The position numbers and the translations under genes are program-made. The notes beneath the pieces are model-generated. The model worked only from the letters and a program-made list of their open reading frames with translations. It was not told the DNA's origin and made no database searches. Positions 17,950 through 29,500 of a stretch of DNA of 64,000 nt are shown in pieces. Source of the DNA: Pseudomonas aeruginosa PAO1 (lineage in GTDB: Bacteria; Pseudomonadota; Gammaproteobacteria; Pseudomonadales; Pseudomonadaceae); NCBI RefSeq assembly GCF_000006765.1, contig NC_002516.2. One strand, written 5' to 3'. The stretch's first letter is position 1. Every line of letters starts with the position of its first letter.

Positions 17950-18023
17950 GAGAGTGTCTCCTGGTTCTGTCTGTCGAGTGGCTCTGCGCAGGGAGGCGGG
18001 AGCGTCTTGTTCGTGGGTGCGGA

Positions 18024-18806
<783 letters not shown>

Positions 18807-18901
18807 GTCTTGCTCCTATCGTTCGGTCAAACGTTCGGGAGGCCTTTCGCCGGGGGCGGGGTGCCGCACGCACCGTCCGCGCCTCCGGGAATGGCCGGCG
18901 A

Positions 18902-20677
<1,776 letters not shown>

Positions 20678-20703
20678 CGTTTTGTTCCTCGTTCTTATAC
20701 TAA

Positions 20704-20936
20704 TTGTGTACAAAAGTTGGAACGATTCTAGGCAGAGGGGGAGCGCAAGGTCAAGATGGGTTGTATACGCTGGAAAAAGTCGCTGAAATCAATTTTTCCA
20801 TAATAAAAACAATGAATTACAATTTTTGTTAGCTGGCTTATAAAACCAGCGTTTGAAAAAATGTATACAAAATTATGTTCATATTGTTCTGGAATGTTGC
20901 TTTCGTAGGGCCGGTCGGCTACTAGATTGGGTACAA
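20704..20936. promoter_or_regulatory. Divergent gcl / GlcG-like promoter region with four TTGTATACAA-like boxes
   Basis: Boxes at 20704, 20761, 20861 and 20927; minus-strand TTGACC-18-TAGAAT promoter at 20754-20725. Confidence 0.65.
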
Positions 20937-21005
20937 ATTTTCGAACGCGCCCGCATAGCGGGTGGTTTCCCGATTTCTAGCCTTAACAACTCGAGAGGAA
21001 CGACC

Positions 21006-21437
21006 ATGACCACCATCAGTCTGGAAACCGCGCTGGGCATTACCCGCCAGGCGCTGGCGGTGGGGCGCGAGCTGTCCACCGCGCCCCTGACCATCGCGGT
21101 GCTCGATGCTGGCGGCCACCTGGTGGCGCTGCAGCGCGAGGACGGCGCCAGCATGCTGCGACCGCAGATCGCCATCGGCAAGGCCTGGGGCGCCGTGGCC
21201 CTGGGCAAGTCGTCGCGGCTGCTGGCGGCGGATGCACAGCAGCGGCCTTCGTTCATTTCCGCGGTGAACACCCTGGCCCATGGCAATCTGGTTCCGGCGC
21301 CGGGCGGGGTGTTGATTCGCAACGACAAGGCAGAGGTGGTCGGCGCGGTCGGTATCAGCGGCGATACCTCGGATATCGACGAGCAATGCGCGATCCAGGG
21401 CGTGCTGGCGGTCGGGCTGGTGCCCGACGCCGGTTGA
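21006..21437 (+). CDS. GlcG/HbpS-family heme-binding protein
   Basis: Start MTTISLE after GAGGA RBS; IAVLDAGGHL...REDGA, IA.GKAWGA, GGVLI and GAVGISG motifs. Confidence 0.88.
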   Translation: MTTISLETALGITRQALAVGRELSTAPLTIAVLDAGGHLVALQREDGASMLRPQIAIGKAWGAVALGKSSRLLAADAQQRPSFISAVNTLAHGNLVPAPGGVLIRNDKAEVVGAVGISGDTSDIDEQCAIQGVLAVGLVPDAG

Positions 21438-21479
21438 GCTTGCGGCCCGCTCACCAGGACCGGGCCTTCGCTCCCTTCT

Positions 21480-21737
21480 TCAGGTGGCGTACGCCGCCAT
21501 CCACCAGGCTCTCCGTGCCATACCTGCAGCGGGGCTCGTTCGAGGCCAGGAATAGCGCGGCACTGGCGATCTCCAGCGGCTCCCCCAGGCGTCCCGGCCA
21601 ATCTTCTCCCTCAGCGCCTGGGCGGCCTCGAGATCGGTAGCGGCCTTGTCCAGCGCTGGCGTCCGGGTCGGCCCCGGGCTCAGGGCGTTGACCCGGATAC
21701 CGCGCTCGAGCAACTCCGCCGATAGCGTCCAGGCGAG
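21480..21737 (-). pseudogene. C-terminal remnant of a short-chain dehydrogenase (frameshifted, N-terminus deleted)
   Basis: TLSAELLERGIRVNALSPGPTRTP, then after a frameshift GRLGEPLEIASAALFLASNE..YGTESLVDGG. Confidence 0.8.
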
Positions 21738-21840
21738 GTGCATGCGGAGCTGCCGCCGCGGGTCGAATACCGCGTCACGCCGCTCGGTGCGAAGCCGGCG
21801 CTGGGGCGGGGGCGGCACGCGATTGAGCGTGCCGCGGCGG
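21735..21840 (+). pseudogene. C-terminal remnant of an HxlR-family winged-helix regulator
   Basis: EVHAELPPRVEYRVTPLG matches the HxlR wing signature (..PPRVEYSLT.LG); no N-terminus. Confidence 0.65.
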
Positions 21841-21841
21841 G

Positions 21842-22492
21842 TCAGAGCGGCAGCGGCCGAAGCCGGCCGGCGCTCTTGCCGGATTGCCCGTCGGGCGTGC
21901 AGCCTTTCAGGACCAGGCGGGTGATGGTTTCCACCGCAGCGTCGTAGTCGGCGTCGCTGAGCTGTTCCTTGCCGGTGACGATGGAAATCTGCCAATCGAA
22001 GTCGGCATAGGTCTGGGTCGCCGCCCAGATGGCGAAGAGCAGGTGATGTGGGTCCACCGGGGCGAGCTGGCCACGGTCGATCCAGGTCTGCAGGCAGGTG
22101 ACGTTGCGCTGGGCCTGGGCGTTCAGTTCGTCGAGGTATTCCTTCGGCAGGTGCGGCGCGCCGTGCATGATCTCGCTGGCGAAGACCTTGGAGGCATGCG
22201 GCAGCTCGCGGGAGATGCGGATCTTCGAGCGGATGTAGGCGGGCAGGGCGAGCAGCGGGTCGTCTTCCACGCGGAACGGCGCCGACGCTTGCAGCAGCGG
22301 CTCGACGATGCTTTCCAGCACGCAGCGATAGAGGTTTTCCTTGGACTGGAAGTAGTAGTAGACGTTGGGCTTGGGCAGGCCGGCGCGGGCGGCGATGTCG
22401 CTGGTCTTGGTCGCCGCGAAGCCCTTGTCGGCGAATTCCTCGCTGGCGGCGCGGAGGATCAGGCGCTTGTTGCGCTCGCGGATGCTGGTCAT
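21842..22492 (-). CDS. TetR-family regulator, RutR/YcdC-like
   Basis: Start MTSIRERNK; HTH IAARAGLPKPNVYYYFQSKENLY; YIRSKIRISRELPHASKVFASEIMHGAP and WAATQTYADF resemble RutR. Confidence 0.9.
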   Translation of the reverse strand: MTSIRERNKRLILRAASEEFADKGFAATKTSDIAARAGLPKPNVYYYFQSKENLYRCVLESIVEPLLQASAPFRVEDDPLLALPAYIRSKIRISRELPHASKVFASEIMHGAPHLPKEYLDELNAQAQRNVTCLQTWIDRGQLAPVDPHHLLFAIWAATQTYADFDWQISIVTGKEQLSDADYDAAVETITRLVLKGCTPDGQSGKSAGRLRPLPL

Positions 22493-22727
22493 CAGTCCTT
22501 GTTCTTCATTGCTGCAACGGCGGCAGGAAGCCGAGGATGGTAGCACCCGCCCGGAGCGCCCCTCAAGCAAGGTGCGAGCGAGGCGGAGGCCCGGGAAATC
22601 CTGACCCGCCGGTTCATTTGCCCTATACATTTCCCGGTATTTGGAGTATTCGTTAGGGGTATCGAGTCGCCCGCTCGCACTCACCCACCGAGCGCCGGGC
22701 GAGCCCCCCGGAACAGAACGAGTCACT

Positions 22728-23723
22728 ATGTCCGATTCCCGCCTGGTCGATCCCTTCGGCCGTCGCATCACCTACCTGCGCCTGTCGGTGACGGATCGCT
22801 GCGACTTCCGCTGCACCTACTGCATGAGCGAAGACATGCAGTTCCTTCCCCGCGACCAGGTCCTCAGCCTGGAAGAACTGTACGCGGTGGCCGACGCCTT
22901 CATCGGCCTCGGCGTGCGGCGCATTCGTATCACCGGCGGCGAGCCGCTGGTGCGCAAGGGCATCACCGGCCTGCTGGCACGCCTGGGGCAGCGTGCGGAA
23001 CTGGAAGACCTGGCGATCACCACCAACGGTTCGCAACTGCGCGAGCGCGCCGCCGAGCTGAAGGCCGCCGGCGTCCGCCGCCTCAACGTCAGCCTCGACT
23101 CGCTGCAGCGCGAACGCTTCGCCGCCTTCACCCGTAGCGATCGCCTGGAGCAGGTGCTGGACGGCATCCAGGCGGCGCGCGAAGCCGGTTTCGAGCGGAT
23201 CAAGCTGAACTGCGTGGTACAGAAGGGCCGCAACGACGACGAGATCCTCGACCTGGTCGAGTACGCCCTGGCCAACCAGTTGGACATCAGTTTCATCGAG
23301 GAAATGCCGCTGGGCAGCATCACCAGCCACCGTCGCGAACTGACTCTCTGCACCAGCGACGAAGTCCGCGCGATCATCGAGCGCCGCTGGCCGCTGACCC
23401 CGAGCCTGGCGCGCAGCGGCGGGCCGTCGCGGTATTACCAGATCGGCGACGAGCCCAGCCGGATCGGCTTCATCTCACCTCACAGCAATAATTTCTGCGG
23501 CGACTGCAACCGCGTGCGCGTCACCGCCGAGGGCAAGCTGGTGCTCTGCCTCGGCCACGAGGGGGCGCTCGACCTGCGCGAACTGCTGCGCAGTCATCCC
23601 GGCGACCGCGAGCGCCTGAGCGCGGCACTGGTGGCGGCGCTGAACCTGAAGCCGGAGCGGCATCACTTCGACGCCCAGGAGCAGGTCCAGGTGCTGCGTT
23701 TCATGAGCATGACCGGCGGCTGA
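22728..23723 (+). CDS. moaA2: GTP 3',8-cyclase (molybdenum cofactor biosynthesis, radical SAM)
   Basis: YLRLSVTDRCDFRCTYCM, ITGGEPL, FCGDCNRVR and C-terminal MSMTGG. Confidence 0.95.
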   Translation: MSDSRLVDPFGRRITYLRLSVTDRCDFRCTYCMSEDMQFLPRDQVLSLEELYAVADAFIGLGVRRIRITGGEPLVRKGITGLLARLGQRAELEDLAITTNGSQLRERAAELKAAGVRRLNVSLDSLQRERFAAFTRSDRLEQVLDGIQAAREAGFERIKLNCVVQKGRNDDEILDLVEYALANQLDISFIEEMPLGSITSHRRELTLCTSDEVRAIIERRWPLTPSLARSGGPSRYYQIGDEPSRIGFISPHSNNFCGDCNRVRVTAEGKLVLCLGHEGALDLRELLRSHPGDRERLSAALVAALNLKPERHHFDAQEQVQVLRFMSMTGG

Positions 23724-23737
23724 CGGTATCCTCCTGG

Positions 23738-23765
23738 GGCGATGGCACCAACGGCGCCATCCGCC
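23738..23765. repeat. Degenerate REP-like palindrome
   Basis: GGCGATGGCACCAACGGCGCCATCCGCC, related to the copy at 38510. Confidence 0.4.
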
Positions 23766-23907
23766 GCTTCCTCTCCCATGCCACCCGGGCGACCGTGTTC
23801 CGGCACGCACCGCTCGCTGCCCCGTCCCGGGAAAAGCGACGCGGCGCAACGCCGAAACGCGGCGAAGACGTCATGCTGCCTGCCGCGCCAGCAAAGGAAA
23901 GCCTCCC

Positions 23908-24237
23908 ATGCACCGGGTCCTGTTCATCTGCAGCCGCAACCGCCTGCGTAGTCCCAGCGCCGAACGGCTGTTCGCCGACTGGCCGGGCGTCGAGACCGAT
24001 TCCGCCGGGCTGGCGGCGGACGCCGAGACGCCCCTGGAGCGGGAGCAACTGGAGTGGGCGACGCTGGTCGTCGTCATGGAGCGCCGCCACCGGCAGGCGC
24101 TGCTGCGCCGGCACGCCGCGGCGATGAAAGGCAAGCGCCTGGTCTGCCTGGATATCCCGGACGACTACGCCTACATGCAGGCGGAATTGCTGCATCTGCT
24201 GGAGCGCAAGGCGGGGCCTTTCCTTCGGCGGGACTGA
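23908..24237 (+). CDS. Low-molecular-weight phosphotyrosine phosphatase-like protein
   Basis: VLFICSRNRLRSPSAE (CX5R P-loop), DSAG, LDIPDDY. Confidence 0.85.
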   Translation: MHRVLFICSRNRLRSPSAERLFADWPGVETDSAGLAADAETPLEREQLEWATLVVVMERRHRQALLRRHAAAMKGKRLVCLDIPDDYAYMQAELLHLLERKAGPFLRRD

Positions 24238-24267
24238 GTGGTGCGGACCGCGAGCGGAGAAAAAGAA

Positions 24268-24284
24268 GCCGGACGAAGTCCGGC
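24268..24284 (-). terminator. Intrinsic terminator after the NCS2 permease
   Basis: GCCGGAC-N3-GTCCGGC followed on the minus strand by TTCTTTTTCT. Confidence 0.6.
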
Positions 24285-24328
24285 CCGAGGGAAGGGCGGA
24301 CCGGGAGTGTCGCCGGTCCGCCAGGGAG

Positions 24329-25696
24329 TCAGGAGTGCTTGGGCGCCGGCGCGTGGCTGCCGCACAAGTGGCTGCGGTCGTTGCGGCTGAGGATGTTGAA
24401 CAGCAGGTTCAGCACCACCGCCCAGATCGCGGTCATGGCGATGCCGCTATGGGTGATCGGCTCCATCCAGACCGGCAGGCGGGCGAAGAAGTCCGGGCGC
24501 ACCACCGGCACCATGCCCATGCCGATGCTTACCGCCACCAGCAACTGGTTGCGGCGGTCGGTGATGTTGGCCTCGTGGAGGATCTGGATGCCGCTGGCGG
24601 CGACCATGCCGAACATGGCGATGCCGGCGCCGCCGAGTACCGCCGGCGGGATCGAGGCGACCAGGAAGGCGGCCTTGGGCAGCATGCTGAGGAGGATCAG
24701 GAAACCGGCGGCGGCCACCGTGACGTAGCGGCTGCGCACCCCGGTCATCTGCACCAGGCCGATGTTCTGGGCGAACGAGGAATGGGTGAAGGTGTTCAGG
24801 AAACCGGCGAAGAACGAGGCGCCGGCGTCGCAGAGCAGGCCGCGGCGCAGTTCGGTCGGGGTGATCTCGCGGCCGGTGATCTTGCCCAGGGCGAGGAACA
24901 TGCCGGTGGACTCGACGAAGATGATCACTACCACCAGGCACATCGACAGGATTGGCGCCAGGTCGAAGGTCGGCGCACCGAAGTGCAGCGGGGTGACGAT
25001 GTCGAACCAGGGGCGCTCGGCCAGACCGCCGAGGTCGACCATGCCCATGCCGCCGGCGATCGCGTAGCCCAGGCCCATGCCCATCAGCACCGAGATGTTG
25101 ACCCAGAAACCGCGCATGAAGCGGTTGATCAGGAGGATGGTGCAGAGCACCAGGCTGGAGAGGAACAGGAAGTGCAGGGAGCCGAAGTCTTCCGCGCCCT
25201 TGCCGCCGCCGGCCCAGTTGATCGCCACCGGGAACAGGCACATGCCGATCGAGGTGATCACCGTGCCGGTCACCAGCGGTGGGAAGAAACGCACGATGCG
25301 CGACATGAAGGGGGCGATGAGCATGCCGAAGAAACCGGCGGCGATGGTCGCGCCGAAGATCCCGGTGATGCCCACGCCGGGCATCCCGGCCATCGCCACC
25401 ATGCTGCCGACGGCGGCGAAGCTGGCGCCCATCATCACCGGCATGCGGATGCCCATCGGGCCGATGCCCAGCGACTGGACCAGGGTGGCGATGCCGGCGA
25501 CCAGCAGGTCGGCGTTGATCAGGAAGGCGATTTCCTCGCGCGAGAGGCCGGCCGCCTGGCCGACGATCAGAGGCACGGCGACGGCGCCACCGTACATCAG
25601 CAGCACATGCTGGAAGCCCACCAGCAGCAGCTGCGTCAGCGGCAGGCGCTGGTCTACGGGCGAGTCGGGGATGCGGCGATCAGTTACCACGGACAT
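24329..25696 (-). CDS. NCS2/NAT-family xanthine/urate permease
   Basis: GFQHVLLMYGG, GASFA, ESTG and NAT signature FAQNIGLVQMTGV.SR. Confidence 0.92.
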   Translation of the reverse strand: MSVVTDRRIPDSPVDQRLPLTQLLLVGFQHVLLMYGGAVAVPLIVGQAAGLSREEIAFLINADLLVAGIATLVQSLGIGPMGIRMPVMMGASFAAVGSMVAMAGMPGVGITGIFGATIAAGFFGMLIAPFMSRIVRFFPPLVTGTVITSIGMCLFPVAINWAGGGKGAEDFGSLHFLFLSSLVLCTILLINRFMRGFWVNISVLMGMGLGYAIAGGMGMVDLGGLAERPWFDIVTPLHFGAPTFDLAPILSMCLVVVIIFVESTGMFLALGKITGREITPTELRRGLLCDAGASFFAGFLNTFTHSSFAQNIGLVQMTGVRSRYVTVAAAGFLILLSMLPKAAFLVASIPPAVLGGAGIAMFGMVAASGIQILHEANITDRRNQLLVAVSIGMGMVPVVRPDFFARLPVWMEPITHSGIAMTAIWAVVLNLLFNILSRNDRSHLCGSHAPAPKHS

Positions 25697-25819
25697 GCAA
25701 CACCTCAGGCGTTTTTATTGTTGTCAGTCGCAGGCGGACACCGGAAAAGGCAGGTTCCGGCGGCCGGGTATTTCTGGCCGAACATCCACCCCAGGCTTCA
25801 GGGCGATGCGGTGGGGTGT

Positions 25820-25897
25820 TTTATATCCCCGTTGTGTGCTCGATTCAATCGATTTTTTGTATACAAAGTAATTTTTTGTAGTTGACCAATCGGTCTA
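25820..25897 (-). promoter_or_regulatory. Sigma70 promoter of the NCS2 permease with two operator boxes
   Basis: TTGAAT-17-TATAAA (25848-25820); TTGTATACAA at 25857-25866; TTGACCAATCGGTCTA at 25882-25897. Confidence 0.7.
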
Positions 25898-26378
25898 CTA
25901 CAGGCTTTCCAGAGCTGCTTCCACTGTATCCATAGAACTGGCGCCGGCTACCCCCGGGACGCCCGGCGGTGTACGACATTGGTCGGATAGCCGACGTGCT
26001 CTAGCCGCTGGGAGTTTTCAGCGACCCCTACCTCAGTGGGCACAAGCCCGGTGCAGCAAGGCCTTGAACCCTGTCGCCCGGGATCAGCCATGGGTCTTTG
26101 CGGAACGCCTGCTTGCATTGGCGACTACAAGCAGCGACGTGCGCGAGAGCAACCGGCTATCTGAGCGCCAGTAGATCCTGGCGGCAATGGAGACGCTCAA
26201 CGAGCAAAGAGAATGCCGCCAGCGCTTGCTGGAGTGCACAACGGCAGACTGGCCAAGGTGCCAAGGCTCTGGGCAGGTCAGGCTGGACAAGAAGCCGGCG
26301 GAGTTTTCCTGAGCGTTCTACAGGAGAGGCACGAAGGAGGTCGCCGAAGTCTTTCGGCATATCGAACGTCCCCCTTTT

Positions 26379-26639
26379 TCAGTTTTCGGCAGCGCCCAAC
26401 GGGCCACTGGCAATCAGGCTGGCACCACAAGCTGTTTTCATCCCATGTAGCGCGACCGGGACCCCATTCACATCCAGCAGGGCGCTACCTTCGGTAATGG
26501 GGAAGGTTCCCTTGCACAAGGGACAAACCACTTGGTGGCCTACACCGGCCATCGGCTTGCCGTTGAGGTCGGTCTGGCCGAACGCCTCAATCACCGTGCC
26601 TCCATGGCTGGTGGTGTCGCCAAGGCGAATGATGTCCAT
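26379..26639 (-). CDS. PAAR-domain T6SS spike-tip protein
   Basis: IRLGDTTSHGG.V, CPLCKG, VALHG...ACGA.LIAS. Confidence 0.92.
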   Translation of the reverse strand: MDIIRLGDTTSHGGTVIEAFGQTDLNGKPMAGVGHQVVCPLCKGTFPITEGSALLDVNGVPVALHGMKTACGASLIASGPLGAAEN

Positions 26640-26651
26640 CGCGGGTTGCTC

Positions 26652-27794
26652 CTATAGGTCGTCCAGCCAGCTGTCTTTTGGCTTCAGGCTGGAGAGGAAT
26701 TCCTCATAGACATAGTGATCACCGAGCGTTTGGCCGCCAGGCGTAGCGGGTTTCGGAGCAGGGGAAGGACCGGCATTTCCGCCACGTGGCGATGAAGACG
26801 TCGGGCGCACGCGAATCGAATCGACAATGGTGTCCCACAGTTCCAATGCTTCTTTATCCGATTTGAAGGCAGGGGGCGGTGGTTTACCGTTTTCATTGCT
26901 GCGTTCCAGTACCGCCAGTCCCGCAGTAAGATTGGGCTCGGTTAGCGATTCCTCCTTGCCTTGAACCTCCCACATGAAGGTATAGCCGCGCTGCCCCTTA
27001 TCGCTTCCCGCAACCAGATACTCCTCTCCGGGAAGGCTCCCGACAGGATGCTTTCCTTTTCTTAATGTTTCCATACCTGCAAACGTGGAGAGCATGTTTT
27101 GCACGAAGCCGTCGACTCGCTCAAGAAGGCTGTTTAGCTCAGCTCCCGTGGAGGAGCGGAATTCAAAGCGCGCGCCGGGGTGCTCAGGGAAAGTGACTCC
27201 CACTCCAAACCTCTCCACTTGAAAACTATCCCCTGCAATATAAGCGTGGTCGATGCAAAAGCCCGGCTCGCTGGGGATTTCTTTTGGCGCGCGAGAACGT
27301 AGATTTCGAGCTAAAGCCCTAGATATCTCCACAGCATGTTGCTCTCTGTCTACCGAAACTTTCCCTTTCCAACGATAGACATGCCACGTAGGCTTAGATG
27401 TAACATAGGTATCCAATAAATAGGTTTTAGAGGCAACCTCTGAAGACCAAGACAATAAACCTACTGATTCATTGCCAAAGTCAATTTTACGAAGAAACAT
27501 GTTACCTTTGGATTTATGTCTCTGAGTCCTCCACTCTTGTTCAAGACGATCAACCCTGGCTGCCAGTTCGGTAGGTTTATCATCTAAGTACTCAATTCTG
27601 TCTCCCCATAGGTAGTATCCGGCATTGATTACCGCGTCAGGTGGCAGATCAATCAGAAAGCGACCAAAGCAATGAGTAATCCATCCGGTCTTGTCCATGG
27701 AAGAGCTCCGAGAAGAAGAAAACGAAGTGCAACTGGTCATGCTGGTCAAGACCACCACTCCAAGTACAGCAAGCAACCGACGGGGATGCATCAT
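26652..27794 (-). CDS. tli4: T6SS lipase immunity lipoprotein (Tli4/TplEi type)
   Basis: Lipoprotein signal ending ...TSMTSC; CFGRFLIDLP and PGFCID motifs; ATGA overlap with the effector gene. Confidence 0.85.
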   Translation of the reverse strand: MMHPRRLLAVLGVVVLTSMTSCTSFSSSRSSSMDKTGWITHCFGRFLIDLPPDAVINAGYYLWGDRIEYLDDKPTELAARVDRLEQEWRTQRHKSKGNMFLRKIDFGNESVGLLSWSSEVASKTYLLDTYVTSKPTWHVYRWKGKVSVDREQHAVEISRALARNLRSRAPKEIPSEPGFCIDHAYIAGDSFQVERFGVGVTFPEHPGARFEFRSSTGAELNSLLERVDGFVQNMLSTFAGMETLRKGKHPVGSLPGEEYLVAGSDKGQRGYTFMWEVQGKEESLTEPNLTAGLAVLERSNENGKPPPPAFKSDKEALELWDTIVDSIRVRPTSSSPRGGNAGPSPAPKPATPGGQTLGDHYVYEEFLSSLKPKDSWLDDL

Positions 27795-29500
27795 GTCCCT
27801 CCTTTGTCATTAGGATGCCAATCCGCCAACTGGGTGATTTTGATCACCCCATATAGCGCTGCCCATTGAGCACGAGCATCGTTGTAACTCTCCTGGTGCT
27901 CATAGCCCCGTTTGGTATTGGCCTGTCCCTTGCCCTTGCTGCCATGCCGAAAGCTGGCCTTGACGCCCGCCAGGGCAGGCGCCTGGCCGGAGTCGGTCGG
28001 TACCGTTTCGTCACCTCCGCTACCGGAAGCGTCCAGAGGATTTCCCGTCTCCAGCGGACCCTGCACTATGGTGGGCAAGCCCCGGCGGAACCAACTGTTG
28101 TAAGTGCCGTTCTCATCGTCGTTGAGTGTGGCACCGGGGGTCTCCAGAGGGGTAGGGTCACCCTTCCAGATCAGGTCGCGCCAACTATGGCGGCTATCGT
28201 CAGCTCCGTAATGGGCATAGGTCTCTGAGTGATATCCTGCTGCTGATAATTCACCATGAAAATTAGCAATGCTATCTATCAAGTCTTCAAAGTTATCACG
28301 GGGGCCAACTCTTAAACCTTCTTTTTTGTCTGACATGTCCAGATATTGTGAATTTTGCTCAGGCACCAATCCATACCACGTAGTGTTCTTGTATATCTCT
28401 TCATAAGGGTCCTGATTCTGCGGATAAGCCCGAGGCTTTCCATCGATATCCTTGAGCACCTGCCCCTGCGCGTCGCATAGAAACAGCCAGGGACGCCCTT
28501 CCCGGTATTCCGCGCTAGGGGCCAATTCCAGCGCGCCGGCCGAATTGGCGACAATGGCTGTCACTTCACCGGCATTTCGCCCCAGCACGACCTGTGCGAT
28601 ACCTTCATAGCCACAGCGCATATGATGGTAGATGGTCGAGGAACCTGTCGCAGGTTGTACGCCATGCACCACCCCCAATACGCGCTCATAGCCGTGCAAC
28701 TGCGTCAGGGCGCGAGCCACCAGCCCTCCCATCGAATGGGTGACCAGAATGACCTTCATACGTCTCATCTGCTCGGGATCGAGACCGCACTCCTTTTGGT
28801 AGAAAGGCAACACGGTATTCTCGATATAGTCGCGTACATCCAGCGCCGACTGCCGGTTGGACTGTAGCCAGTTATAGCCGGCGCACCAGACATCGAACTG
28901 GTATCGGCTGGCCCTGAGCAATTCCTCTTCATCGATCGGCCCAACCTTTCCCTGCTCCTCACCCTGATCTCCAGGAGGAGAGAGGGCTTCGTCATTCCAC
29001 CATGCCTGGAGTTCCCGCCGGCTGACGATGTTATCCAGTCGCCTCTCCATTAATCCCATGACCGGGTTATACGCACTGCGCATGACCTTGCCCCAGCCGC
29101 GCAGGCGGGCAGCTTCTTCGGACAAACCAGATTGACCGACATCGATCGTACCCTGGTCATCGACTTCTACTTGCTCAGCCTTCAGGAGCTCCTGACGGGC
29201 CTTTGGACCCCTCCAGGCCCAAGTCCACAACGCACCGATGGAGGCAAACAGGTCATCCATGGGCCACAGACCATTCGGCGGCCTCCAGACCTCGCTTTTA
29301 TCTGCCTTGTTGCGCAGGTTGGTTCCCATGATCCCCGGAATGAAGATCACCGGCAGGGGAGCGGTCTGCCGAATCAGTGCCACCTTTTCGCTCTGGTTGT
29401 CGGTACGGGTCAACTGCGCCTTGTAGACAGGCCGTCCCAGACTGTCGCGAGAGCGAGGGATGATCACATCCTGATTCGGCTCGAGCGGTTCGCTGCTCAT
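27791..29500 (-). CDS. tle4: T6SS phospholipase effector of the Tle4 (PGAP1-like alpha/beta hydrolase) family
   Basis: PVIFIPGIMGT, GYNWLQS, nucleophile elbow LVTHSMGGL, terminal YEHQ; coupled to vgrG. Confidence 0.88.
   Translation of the reverse strand: MSSEPLEPNQDVIIPRSRDSLGRPVYKAQLTRTDNQSEKVALIRQTAPLPVIFIPGIMGTNLRNKADKSEVWRPPNGLWPMDDLFASIGALWTWAWRGPKARQELLKAEQVEVDDQGTIDVGQSGLSEEAARLRGWGKVMRSAYNPVMGLMERRLDNIVSRRELQAWWNDEALSPPGDQGEEQGKVGPIDEEELLRASRYQFDVWCAGYNWLQSNRQSALDVRDYIENTVLPFYQKECGLDPEQMRRMKVILVTHSMGGLVARALTQLHGYERVLGVVHGVQPATGSSTIYHHMRCGYEGIAQVVLGRNAGEVTAIVANSAGALELAPSAEYREGRPWLFLCDAQGQVLKDIDGKPRAYPQNQDPYEEIYKNTTWYGLVPEQNSQYLDMSDKKEGLRVGPRDNFEDLIDSIANFHGELSAAGYHSETYAHYGADDSRHSWRDLIWKGDPTPLETPGATLNDDENGTYNSWFRRGLPTIVQGPLETGNPLDASGSGGDETVPTDSGQAPALAGVKASFRHGSKGKGQANTKRGYEHQESYNDARAQWAALYGVIKITQLADWHPNDKGGT

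Noticed and set aside
20832-20850. GCTGG-N9-CCAGC as a LexA box
   Set aside because: CTG-to-CAG spacing is 11 nt rather than 10, and the flanking genes are not SOS-type
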